Below are positions 37,330 to 49,854 of a stretch of DNA of 64,000 bases, in pieces. Both the position numbers and the translations under genes were made by a program. The DNA is from Dipteris shenzhenensis (Eukaryota): the NCBI GenBank assembly GCA_047967505.1, contig CM106538.1. One strand, given 5' to 3'. Each line of letters begins with the position of its first letter. Position 1 is the first letter of the stretch. Below the pieces are notes generated by a model. That model was given only the letters and a program-made list of their open reading frames with translations, was not told the origin of the DNA and searched no databases.

Positions 37330-40327
37330 AACCTTAATAAATTGATGCATACAGTACCCTATCAAATATTTCCACGTGGGCGAGCATAAAGAATAGAAAA
37401 ATAAAACATTTTACCTTTGGAAGGGGAGGAATCGTTCCTATACCCTTCCCACACACATCAAGCCAAAAAGAGGCAAAAAGGAGAGAGAAAAGAGGGGAAA
37501 AGAGAGAAAAGAGAGGAGAAAAGAAGAGAGGGGAAGAGACAGGAGAGGAAAAAATAGAGAGGGGAAAAGAGAGGAAAAAGATGTAAAAAGAGGGGGGAAA
37601 GGAGAGAAAAGGGATTGTAAAAGAGAGAAAAGAGAGAGGGGAAAAGAGAGAGAAAAGAGAGGGAAAAGCAGGGAAAAGAGATGTAGAAAAGAGAGGGAAG
37701 AGAAGAGGAGAGGAAAATCCTACAACCATCTCATTTGCTAATGCTTAGGCCATTCCCAAACAGCCAACATAAAACACAAAATGAACAAAAAGAAAGGGAG
37801 AGAAGAGGCCTTTCTTACTTGAAGCCTAGATTGCCATTAAAAAGAGAGAGATTATAGGTGCCTATACAAGAACAAAGAGACACACCACTTTTCCTAAGAA
37901 GCAAAGGAGAAAGCAAAGAACTTGACAAAGCAAAACAAAGAGACATGTTTCTAAGAAATCATTCATGAATGCTACCCAATTAGATGGAAACATGTTTAGA
38001 GGCTTAGCAAAGAGACAAAAAATGAAATGTAATACTTAAACAAAGTAGGATGAAAGAAGTACTTACCTTGAAGGAACTTGGAGAAGAAGCTTGGAAGAGA
38101 ACAAACAAGACGCGGAGGGATATTGATGGAGAGGGAGCAAGGTGGAGAGGAAGCTTGGGGTAAAGAGACCAACGAGGAGGGAAGGTGCACAAGGGAGGCA
38201 ACGCAAGGATGGAGAGGAAATATGAAATGAGGTGGTAAAATGTGATTTGAGCTTTTTTAGTGTTCGCAGAATATTGGTGTTTTTGTCAGTATTTTCTTCA
38301 AAAATTGGAGACAACACTGCCAGCTTTCCATTGGTATTTTTGTCAAAAAATACCAACAAAAATACTGATACATATACCAAAGGAAAATAAATTTCTTAAC
38401 ATTTGGCGTAACTTTTGCCCTTTCTAGGTTTTGATTTTGATCTTTGGCACGGTCCTCTTCTTTCTAAGTTTTTATTTTGATCTTCTGGGTTACACTTAAC
38501 ATCTTGTTCAAAATGGCCTATAGCTTTAGTGAATTATAACATCCCACCAAGGCTGACAACAATGAAGAAGGGACACCTCGCTCATGCTTGTCCTCCTCAT
38601 GCCAAGGAAGACAAAATTAAGAGAGATTATGTTTCAAACTTAGATAAATTTAAATGAGATTATGTTTGATATGCAAGAGGAAATGTGACAATTTCCATAA
38701 GCCCTTCAGAAGAATGGCTTCTAATAGAGCTTCAAAGCACTTTTGGGGTCTTTTAAATTGTGTTTCTGGACACCATATGAACACCACTAAGGTTCATGAC
38801 ATGATGGTAGGTCACAAAAATAAGCATACTATGGGAGATTTTGTGTGGCTTTTGATATTCACAACAAAGCAATTATCAATATTATTATTGTAGCTTTTAT
38901 TATCAATACTATTATTGTAAATTTTAAAGCTATTAAGATGTTTATGAATGTGGCCTAAGAGGGTTGCCACTCTATTAAGCTTGGAAGCTATACTTTTTGA
39001 ATGTCAATGTAGTTTAAAGCTAAGTCCGATGGTTGAAAGTAAAAGTCTAAGCTAGCCATTTGACAAATATGAAGGTTTAGTCAAACTTTTTATAACAAAA
39101 TCAGGCTAGTTATGACCACCATGCATGTAGGTTGTAGTCCGACTATTTACAAAAATCAAGCTAGCTACAACCACCATGCATGTAGGTGTAGTAGTAAGAT
39201 GCATACTTGCCAACCACACTAGTGATTGGAACATCAAGCTTTTTCGTCCTGTTTAGATAGCCCACTGATTTAGGGACCATCTTAGTGGTCAAAATAATGA
39301 GCTTGTTGGGTTGATGAATATGTTTCACATATGTATTGTAGATTTTCTTATCCTGAAGTTAATTTTCTTAAGCTTGATAGTCCCATCTAACTCATCTCTT
39401 GATTTAAGGACCAATTTGGTGGTCAAAACAATAATCTTACTAGATTGATGAATATATTTTGCATGTTTTGTGGGTTTAATTATTATGAACCAATGTTTTT
39501 AGTGTGCTAGAATGTTCATTTCCCTTAAGCTTAAGCAAAATTTCAAATAAGAATATTGGAAACATACTGAATGTTCTTGAATGGATTAAAGGCCCATGAT
39601 GGTTTTAGAAGGTAGCTCAATCAGATGGCAAGGATTTACTTTCAACCGACTGTGGTGGAACTTTAAAAAAGTGGTTTGGAAAAGTGGGGTGGTGTGGGGA
39701 GTAGTACATTACCAAGATGTGCCATCTACTATTGTAGAGCATTAAGTGGGAACCAATCTTGTACATGCATTTAATTTATGTGGCATTCCATGGGTGGTTC
39801 TAAGAAGTCATTCCTACTCACAGCCATTGCATTAGGCCGAGGCATCTGGTACCATAGACAAGTAAATGCTAGTAAAAGTTCCCCAACTCATTGCCCTTTT
39901 CTTAGAAGGAGAAAGATTATTGTAAGTTAAAGAAACCTTTAGAGTCCCACCTACTTGCACCTCCCCATATCTACTCTCTTTCTCTTTTTGATGTCCAGTC
40001 ATACAATAACTAGTGTAGATAGGACATCATCATGGTCTCCATCAACAAAAAAGGAAAATGCTAACAAGTTTTCTAACTGGATACTTCCATGTTCTTTCTA
40101 AGTTGATATATGCATCATTATTAATATTGGTATAGCCATCAATATTTTTGTCAAGCATCAATGATTGTTCCGATGGTATTATAGAAGTATTACTGATGCC
40201 AATACCAATGGCAATACTGACATTTTTTGGACCAAAAACTTACCGATAGATCCTGTAGCCAAGGCACAAAAAATTTTCTAAGGTCCTCACCGTCGAACTA
40301 CCAGAAATAGATGGGTATGTTGTAGTG
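37330..40327. mobile_element. Degenerate CACTA-like element in the opposite orientation, one terminus visible
   Basis: Ends GTTGTAGTG at 40327 (reverse complement CACTACAAC) with taccga/taccaat repeats at 40130-40310 and a similar cluster at 38270-38380. 37330-38230 resembles the reverse complement of 20560-21300. A weak TnpD-like peptide (IYFQPTVVEL, AFNLCGIPW) lies on plus at ~39630-39800. Confidence 0.55.
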
Positions 40328-43226
40328 ATGCATGAAATGCCTTGTTTTGGTCTTCCCTTACTATATTGTCAAGCTGGATATATAGTGTTCATGGAAGGGG
40401 GCCTTCCATTGATATGAGAATTTGATGAGTTATTGTAACTAATATATTTGTCTCATTGTGCAAATTTGGATAATTTTTGTATGCTTTGTGAACTTTGATC
40501 ATTCTTGGGCTTGTTGCTCTCTATGATGCTTAAGAGCACTAGTGATTTGATATACATATCAAAAAATAAAAATATTATTATACATACCCAAAATCTTTTA
40601 GAGAATCAAATTGTACATATAAGATACCTTGATACCTTGTTTGCTTGAGGTTGTTGCCCTTTGTCTTTGACTCTTGAGGTTTGCATATACACTACTTACC
40701 ACCATTCTCACTTTTTTGGGGATTTTCACATTATTAAGTTCGTTCTTCCAATCTATTGAAATAAATATAGCTAGAAAACTATTCATTGCTCTCTGACATC
40801 TCCTCCTTGTAAAGTATGAAAATCTCAAATCTTGTGTAACTATCCCATCAAGTGTAGTTTCCTTGTTGCAGCATCACTTTTGCATTCAAAGCAAATTAGC
40901 TTTATATCCATGATATGGATATATGTTTAATAGGCCCAATTAGACATGAATTTGTGAAACATCTTGTCCTGCTTTGTACACATGCAAGCCTTGCATTTCC
41001 CAAGCTATGAATTTTCTCAAGCCTATTCTACAAATCAGCATACTCTCAATACTCTACCTGCTCATTCTTGATAGGGGTGATTTTGCTACATTCAAGTAAT
41101 AATCCTATTTCTCATGATTAAAACCAAATTACTAGGTCCTTATAGCTCTCAAATTTCTCACACCTACTCTCCCTAAACAATTTGGATGCAACACATAGTA
41201 CTGCATGTTTCCTTCAACGGAGCCTCAAATGTTAAGAATTGCATTCTTTTCCTACCATAACGCATGGATATTTTATCAATGTGTATCTTTATCTTTTTTA
41301 TCAGGTTCCTAGGAGGATTAGATGCACTTTGTTCAGCTATTGAAAGTGAAGGCACAAATGAGATTGGACCAATCATAGGAAATAATTGTGCATTCATAAC
41401 CTGCACGTTAATAATAGAATGAAGCAGGCGGCACTGGCAACTTTGGAATTGATGCATTGCTTATTTAGGTTCAATCCTTGTGAAAGACTCTAGCTCATAT
41501 GAGGATAGTGAAAGATCCAATCACTCACAAACATGCTCAAACAAGGAGACAGAGACATTCTCACAACTAATTCTGGGTTACATGAAGATACTAAAGGTTT
41601 ATTAGGGATGATGAAGCTTATATTTTGATATAACTTAAAGAAAGATGAACTTTCAAGACCATAGGTTGAGATTGAGATTGACATCTTGAAGATCACACTT
41701 ACAATAAGGCCTAAACCCTAATGTTCACTATTCCCTAGAACCTAATCTCCCTCCTCCCAACTCTAGCAACTTGTAGAATCCAAGAAAGCATCCACAGTGG
41801 CAACAAACCCCAAAAAGTGAGTGGAATCATTACGTTCTTTTTAGATGGTATTTCATTTTCATTGCAATTAATCATATAAAATATTTTGTAATTAAAAATT
41901 AATTTTTAAAGAAAATATTCTGAAGCCTTGATGCAAATCCAATCCCTTAATGCAAATCCAATCCCCGGGACTGGATTTGCATGAAACTTCCTACAAATCC
42001 AATCCTCGAGACTAGATTTGTATGAAGCATCATATTGAATATTTTTTTATTTTGTTATAATGTCTTTAAATAATAAAATGAAGTGTTGTTTATTAATTCA
42101 TTATTGAGCAAGCTTTAATATATTTTATTAAGTACTTTTAAAGATTGTAATTATTTAAATAAAATGTTGGTCTTCAAACTTTCATATCATCTTTGTTTTA
42201 TCATTTTAGGGAGGTGGTCTTCTATTTAAACCCTATTTGATGATTTTCGATTTGAAACTCATAGTTAAAAGACTCAATTGTTGAAATATTTTAGGTAAAG
42301 TGTGTAAATTTTGCAATATAAAGTAATATAATCAAGCCTCTTTGTAGGAGGGAAAGGGAGTGACATAGCACTCACTGTAAATTCAATGAAGAACAACTAT
42401 CAAACGTATAGTGCTTCTCATTTCAAAGAGAATCTCTCTTTGAGAATCTTATCTTATTATGCAATTCTATATTCATTGAAGTGTTCATTACACAAATTGT
42501 GAATATAATGAACACTTTAATGAATACCTTGTATATTATGTCATGAATACTATGAAAATAAGAATTGTTGAGCAAACAATTTTACTATCTATCCAAAATT
42601 GTAAATATTAATCTGTAATAAATAAATATATGTCACAAAGTGCATCTTGTCAAAAGGAGAAAAAAAAAAAAAAAATTTCAATCTATATAAACCCATTATG
42701 TTTCTAAATGAATAGGCTTGAATTTCAGCTGAATTTTAAAATTTACTTAAAATATAGTACTATTTTGAGGGAATCAATGGGTAACTTGTAATAGTTCAAT
42801 AGTTCTCACTTAATATGGATAGTGTTTTTCCAATACTTCGCAAGAATACAAATATCTAATGCAAAATAATTAGTCAAAAGTGAACTGCATCAGTAAGTTC
42901 CATAAAGTTGTGAATGAAATTCTTGATTCTTACTACAATTTGTGCAAATTGAAGGATCAAATCTTAGAGGTAAGTAGGCCAAACACATTCCATGATGCAA
43001 TTGCTATTGCTATCACTATTGCATTATACTATGAAGATTAAGGTTATTTAAGGACAATTTTGACCTTGTGCCAACAAGGATCAAAAGCACAATCCAAACC
43101 AACCAAGACATTGACATGAGGTCATTTGGTGTGTGGAGTAGTGACAAAAATTTTCTTGTAAAATCATGTGATAAAAGGTAGATTTTGTTTCTAATAGCAT
43201 AGGAATAGCATAGAACTCTCTAACAA

Positions 43227-43227
<1 letters not shown>

Positions 43228-43278
<51 letters not shown>
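43228..43278. repeat. (AG)n microsatellite
   Basis: More than 20 AG units. Confidence 0.95.
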
Positions 43279-43279
<1 letters not shown>

Positions 43280-43554
43280 CTTAAATCTACACTTTGTGCT
43301 AGAGAGGGTAACTCCTTACGCTTTGTGAGAGAGAAAGTCCTTACATTGTGCTAGAGAGACAAACTCCTTATACTTTGTGAAGATAGAGAAATTCCTTACA
43401 CTTTGTGCTAGAAAGAGAAACTCCTTACGCCTTGTGAGGAGATGCAAACTTAGGAGCATGTATAATCATATCTTAATGCATAGAAGCTCCCACCTTTTGG
43501 GCTCAATGTTTAGCTCACTTTTACATTCATGTGCTTGACCTCTTGGGGTCTATG

Positions 43555-44220
43555 CTCTCTTTATCCACAGACATAGAATTGGTAGCTTGTGCGCCCTCAC
43601 CTTCATTATCAACCTCATGCAGTGATCACCTTGCCCCTACATCCTCTCTCCTTCCCCACATTGCCACCCCACAGTTTGCTGCTTCCCCAGAATATAGATG
43701 ATGTCCATCCCCGCTCAACGCAAGTGCATTCATAGTTGACTTGTGCCCCTTCAATGTAGCTATCAGACAATGCTTTCCCTTGTTCGGTCTCTTTCTCCAC
43801 ACTTTAATCTTACTATATCAGCAGAGGCTGAGTACAAAAACTCATCCGCCCTCACCACCACAAGAGCGTTCACAGCATCGTCATGAGCGCGAATGGATTC
43901 CAGAAACCTTAGATCAGAGAGCCTCCACACCTTAACAATCTTGTCCCATGAACCCAAGTATAGTGTCTTACTTGTCTTCCCTACTGGCCAATGCAGATAC
44001 TGTCCACATGTTCGATCCAAAGTCTCTAATGATGACGAAGAACTTGTATATAGTTCTTGGGGTACACATGGACTTGATCAATTGGTCTTTTACACCAGGT
44101 AAGGTGGCCACAAGCTTGTAACAAGCGAGCTATGAGCGCGAACGGCTCCAAACTTGAAATTTGTGATCCACATAACTGGTGAATTTTGTGTTCTAGCATG
44201 TTCTTACCCTTGTAACCCAA
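43555..44220 (-). pseudogene. WD40-repeat protein fragment, JINGUBANG-like family
   Basis: DHKFQVW, PKNYIQVLRHH*RLWIEHVD, LYLGSWDKIVKVWRLSDLRFLESIRAHDDAVNALVV...LYSASAD and LIATLKGHKSTMNALALSGDGHHLYSG, spread over frameshifts. Confidence 0.85.
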
Positions 44221-46451
44221 ACTCCTACCTCCTCCTTCCTCCTTCCTGCCTACTCCCTTCCTCCTCCTCTCCCTCCCTTCTCCTCCCTTCCTCCTCCTCC
44301 TATTCCCTTCTCCTCCCTTTCTCCTCCTCCTATTCCCTTCTCATCCCTTCCTCCTCCTCCTCCTCCCTTCTCCTCCTCCTTGCTCTTCCTTAACCTTGTT
44401 CACTCTTTCTCAATACTTAACCATGCAAAACCTTTGAAGAAGACTAGCTCTCTACTCCTCAATCTTGCAACCCTCTCTCAACCTTAAACCCGTAGACGAT
44501 TTCTCAACTGTGTCCTCCTAAACCCTACAATGAAATGAGAACCTCCTTCAAACTTTGTGATCAATACCGTTTATTTCCTAAGCGTAACCTAGAAATGCTT
44601 TCCATGGTTTGGCCCATATTTATGACTAGAATACAAGCCTAGGACGTATGCTACAATTGTGAACACCTTTGCTACAACAAGCAATGACGTAATGGTAGGT
44701 GAACAACACCCTCAAAACTTGAAATGAGAGGAAATTTGACAATAAATTGTCAATCTATCATCGATCATTTTGCCAATGCCATCGGTAGCCACTAAAAAAT
44801 AACTATTTTTTGCTAGTAAAATGAGTACTACTACCAATAAAGAAAATATTACTAGCTAGTCAAAATGGCATGAGACTAGACTATCAACATTATCATTAAT
44901 ATTAATGCTACAAGATCTAGTACTACTGCTAGTAGAATGAGTACTATTGCCAACAAAGGAAATATTACTAGTAGTTAGTAAAGATGGCATGAGACTAGAC
45001 TATCAACATTATCGTTAATTTTGATGTTACAAGATCTAGTACCATCGATAACGTTAATTTTACCATCAGTAACAATACCTTTAGCACCGGCACAATAGAA
45101 CCGTTATTGTTGGTAACAGTTGCCATTCTCTTCAAGCCTAGGACTAAGAAGTGGTTCTTGGTCACTATGTTGGTGCTAGATAAAACTACTTCTAAGGTGC
45201 AAGTGCTTGGAGTCTTTCAAAGGGGAAGGTGGTTTTGGTCTTCTTATTTTTTCATGCATTCTATATCATGCACTCTTATTGTACACCTCAAGCTACACTA
45301 ACATGCAAATTATCTATATGCACATGTTATATGTCACTTGCTAACTTTCTCCTAATTTCTACAAGATGGAAGGTTGTGCTGGCTCTAAGCACAAGACTTC
45401 TATGTTATCAAATGCAATATAACGTGATTAACTAGGTACATCGAGAGCAATTGTTAGAGCAAATGAATACAATGTCAGAAAGAGAGATGGAGACCATAAT
45501 AGATAGCATAGATAGGTTGCATAATTTGAAGGGCAAAGTTATAAAGGACATGAAGAGGTTGCTAGAAGTAGATTCCAAACCCATGTGCTTGTCAATGTTG
45601 TGAAATGGGATTCTAATGCATTTCTTTTAGCTGAGTCCCTCGTTGGTAATGGCCACACAGTTTGGGAAAAGTATGTTACAAGACCATCATTTGTTGATGG
45701 TGTATGGGCATCGCATATGGAACGCTCGTATGCACTTTTCATGCAAGTAAAGTCCCATAATCTAACAAGAAGACACTCGTGATTGAGATTTAGGAGAAGA
45801 AGTCAACATTAATTTTTAGGATGGCAAGTTGATCAAGATGAGGAAGGAGGCATTGCTCTCAATGAGGTCAACGTTCATTTTTAGGATGGCACAGGAGCAA
45901 GCTGATCAAGATGAGGAAGGAGGCATTTCCTTCTCAATGAAAGGGAAGCGGCAGGGGCATGATGGCCAAAAGCTAGAGCAATGAGCTAGTCACATTAAGA
46001 AATGTTCCTTTTGTGGCATTTATCACAAACAAAGAGATATCGCTTGGTGGAAAGATTGGATTTAGAACATATGAGACTATCTATTGGGTCTATTTCATAG
46101 GTTGTCCTGGTCTATTACAACACATCTGGTATGCGTGCAAGCGGTATAAGGGCTTTGCCTAGACTTGTAAATGAGTAGTATGACAAAACATGCCCATGCA
46201 AATAGAATACCCTACCTTTGTCCGAGTTATAGCTTATATCAAAGAGGAGCTTCTTTAGATCATCATACCATACTACAATGGTGGGATCCCTTCTCATCTT
46301 TTCCTCAAGCTACCATTTAACAAAGGTTCCTTCAAGCATTATGTTGACACACACTTGCAAGAAGGAGCAGAGATGAGGGCATGAGAAGAAGACATGCTAC
46401 AAGATGCAATCAAAGGAGAAGATGTGGTGTAAAGAGTCAAGATTTTTAAAC

Positions 46452-47080
46452 CAATGTGCAACAATTTATTTATTTTTTATTTTTTTGAGAAAAAAAATGT
46501 TTTTGCCTTGTGTCTCAAAAGAAAAGATATAACCATGTCAAATTCCCTTTACACCTGGTTCAACCAGTAAACCAAAGAAGAAGGAAACAAATGTAGACCA
46601 TACATCAGCTATAGATTGAAGGTCTGTCGTTTTAACTTTAAAATCCTTGATCAAAACCTTGCCATCTTTGTAGACAACCCATTTGCCTTCTTTTCTGGCC
46701 ACCTTCACCTTTGCTAGTTCTAAGCTTTTGTTCCTTAGCTGATTCTTTGTGAGTTTCTCTGCAATCCACACCTGTAGACTTTCAACTTGTTGGATTGTCT
46801 AAGAACTTGCATTCTTTCAACCCTTAACTCAAAGATAAGAATTCGCTGCACTCCTGAATCTTGATGAAAGGAGAAGTTAAGAGCTCCTTAGACTCTGCAC
46901 GACTGCAGAAGGAAGAAAAGGAGCAAGCTGAAAGGTTGCTCAACTCAAAGAAGCTCAAGATTGGAGGACTACCAGACGACTAGAATGTAGTAGAGGATTC
47001 TTGGGAAGAGATCGGTGAAAAACTCTGCAAAGCTTTACCAAGCATAGATTTGGGTGATCTCAACAATGTGCAACAATTTA
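46452..47080 (-). mobile_element. 5'-inverted non-LTR retroposon insertion carrying ORF1-like sequence, with A-rich tail and 17-bp TSD
   Basis: TSD caatgtgcaacaattta at 46452-46468 and 47064-47080. T-rich tract at 46469-46486 (poly-A on minus). Minus segment reads QRILIFELRVERMQVLRQSNKLK/GVWIAEKLTKNQLRNKSLELAKVKVARKEGKW. Plus segment reads LQKEEKEQAERLLNSKKLKIGGLPDD..LCKALPSIDLGDL. Confidence 0.8.
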
Positions 47081-48019
47081 ATCCATGCTCTATTCATTAG
47101 TTAGCATGCTTGTATTAGGCCCAATATTTGCATGCAGGCTTGCACTTTGCCAACATATTGCTCGATTTTACTTGAAATGGTGCATTTCAATTTAGGATCA
47201 TTGATGGGAAATGACACAAGTTATTTTAAAGAAGTGTCATAAGGCCTTTAGAAAATGAAGCGACTAGATGAGAGTGATGAGGATTGGGTACAACGGGTTC
47301 TCTACTACAACCAAGCAGATGCCTTTTTTGTTTTTTAAAGTAAGAAGATGCTTGAAAACACTGGCTTGTGCTGGAGGCATGGGTTTTTTTTCTAGATACA
47401 ATCCACAATTCTATGTGTTTGTCCTTGCGATTATCATCAAAATGGTAGAACACTTTTTTAATGCTCCATAAATATTTCAACTTGGGTATTTGCATGCCTA
47501 ACCAATTAGCTTTGCAATCCATTGTGTTATGCACTTGTCATAACATCATGATAGAACACCCATCGGAGAGGCTTACACTTGAAGATGCAATGCAACAACT
47601 CCAGTTGTGTGGTTGTGATGGGCGGTTGGCTATGTGGCCCATTGAAGAGATGAAACTTGCTCTAAAGCTTGTAGAGTAGTAATAGATGAGGAATTCTTTA
47701 GCATACAATTTCTTTGTACATGTATTTATTATGACAATATAATAAAATAAAAATTTTAATCTCATTTTTAAGCCTCTTGAGTCTACTTTTCTAAAATTTT
47801 CATATGTTATGTAGCATCGTCATGCATGTGTCATATTGCATTATCATGTATCACTCATATATCAAGTAAGCATACAAACCTTATACTTGCTCGTGACCTT
47901 TGGGAGTACCATATATTATGGCCAAATCTATCAACTACTACTTCCAACAAGGAAGTGGTACAGTATCCTATTGCATGTTTCCCATGCTTTTAAGATAGTT
48001 CATCACAATAGTGCTATAA

Positions 48020-48690
48020 TTATAATGATTTGCAAATGGTATTAAATTATGCTCCAATCTCAAACATATGCGAAGGGTGTAGCTCAAAATGACTAAAGTA
48101 GTTGGATCAAAAATTTCTCCTCTGGAGTTTAAGCTCATGGATTGCAATCATATGACCTAACTTCTCTTCCAGTCCTGCATACTAAAGTAGTTAGATCAAA
48201 AATTTATCCTCTAGTGTTTAGGGTCATGGATTGCAATCATATAACCTAACTTCTCTTCCAATCCTACATACTCAGCAATCCTTGCCTCCAAATGGTCTAG
48301 GCTTGTTAGCTTTTTTTTAGCAACAAGTAAGTAATTCTTTCCAGAGAGAGTCCTTGTACCTATAGCTCTAGAGGAGTACCATCTAGCCCCTTGTCTTGTG
48401 AGCACAAGGACCAGGACCCAATCTCTAGGCCAGGCCTTAGGGTGAAGGAGAGAATTATCATGCTTCTTGCTCTCGTTCTTACTAAAGTAAATTTGATAGC
48501 CCTGGACCTTTTGGAGGTAGGGATTGTTGAATATGTAGAACTAAAAGCACACTTAGGTAATATATTGCAATTCATGACTTAAAGATCTAAGGAGAAATTT
48601 TTAGTCTAATGGCTTTAGTCATTGTGAGCTATATCCTTTGCATATGTTTGGGTTTAGAGCATCATTTATATCATCTGCAAATTATAGTCA
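48020..48690. mobile_element. Large foldback element (Mutator-like MITE)
   Basis: 48036-48160 is an inverted match to 48553-48688, with further pairing at ~48260-48330 / ~48470-48540. The left arm has an ~88-bp internal duplication. Confidence 0.75.
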
Positions 48691-49854
48691 AGGTGATGCA
48701 CCAATATCCAAATCTTTGGTTCAAATGGATTGCATTCACCGATGCATAATAACAATCTTTACTAAAAATCACATATAGGGATGTGAATTCTCTCTTTAGG
48801 CATTTTTGGAGCATAGTAGGGGTATGTTATATGGGATTTATCTCCCAAGTATTGAGGTATATGGGATTTATATGGGACTCTTGAAAACTAAACTAGACAT
48901 TGATTATAGCTAAAAGCTTGGGAGATTACTCCCATCCGCCATGCTCCAGAAATACCTAAACAGATAATTCACATCCCTCATAGTATAGTGATGAGGAGAA
49001 TTAGAGATACAACCTGCATATCTTTCATAATTAAGACAATAAACAAAAAGGCTCAAATAGAATTGGAGTGATACAGATAAGATTATCAAGGCCCTGTGCA
49101 AGGATGACACATAAACCGAGAAATGGTCCAAATTTTTATCATAGATCCTTCTTTCTAGACCCCATATCACCCCTTAGAGTGTTTTTGAAGTAGGTGCCAA
49201 CAATGGTCACTTGGCGGAGTTCTTGCCAGTAATAGAAGAGCATGCTACTATCCATGATCATGTTAAGGAATCTACTCTGCAGTAAGTTGTCTAGTACACA
49301 GTAGAGGTTTGATGCATACATGCAAGACCGTGTTTTACCAATCCTAGAGGATGAGACTTAGGTAAGGCCAAGGCCCCCTATGGTATGCACTTTTGTCTCA
49401 TCAACCATAGCTTGCACCCCACACGAATATCAAGTAAGATGTGTTTAAGTTGCCAGGATTTAGATTCAAAAAAATAGGAAAAAAATAATCTCTTTGGTCA
49501 ATGCCTTAGATTGTTTTGGTATGCCACTGGCATGATTTCAAGTCTTTAGGTTCTAGCAAGGTGGTACACCTTAGATGTTGCTACCCAACAATGATGCTTT
49601 TCTTTACTGTGCGCAGCCAAGGGCAGGAATTTATTTTATATGTTCTCTGCCATCTCATAGCAACAATGGAAAATTTACCCCAAGTTGGGCAAAAATTGAG
49701 ATTGGATTACCTCTAGCTTTATCCCTTTCTACATAGCTTGGGCTCCATAAGCAGAGGGTTTAGGGTCTTATACCACTTATCACAAAACTGTAGAAGCGCC
49801 AAACACTTTTGTTAGGATCCCAACACATTTATGATCCTCCAACGGCCCTCTAAT

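Noticed and set aside
37334-37729. 131-aa Phe/Leu/Ser-rich ORF resembling a membrane protein
   Set aside because: Translation of a GA/CT low-complexity tract equivalent to 21070-21450.
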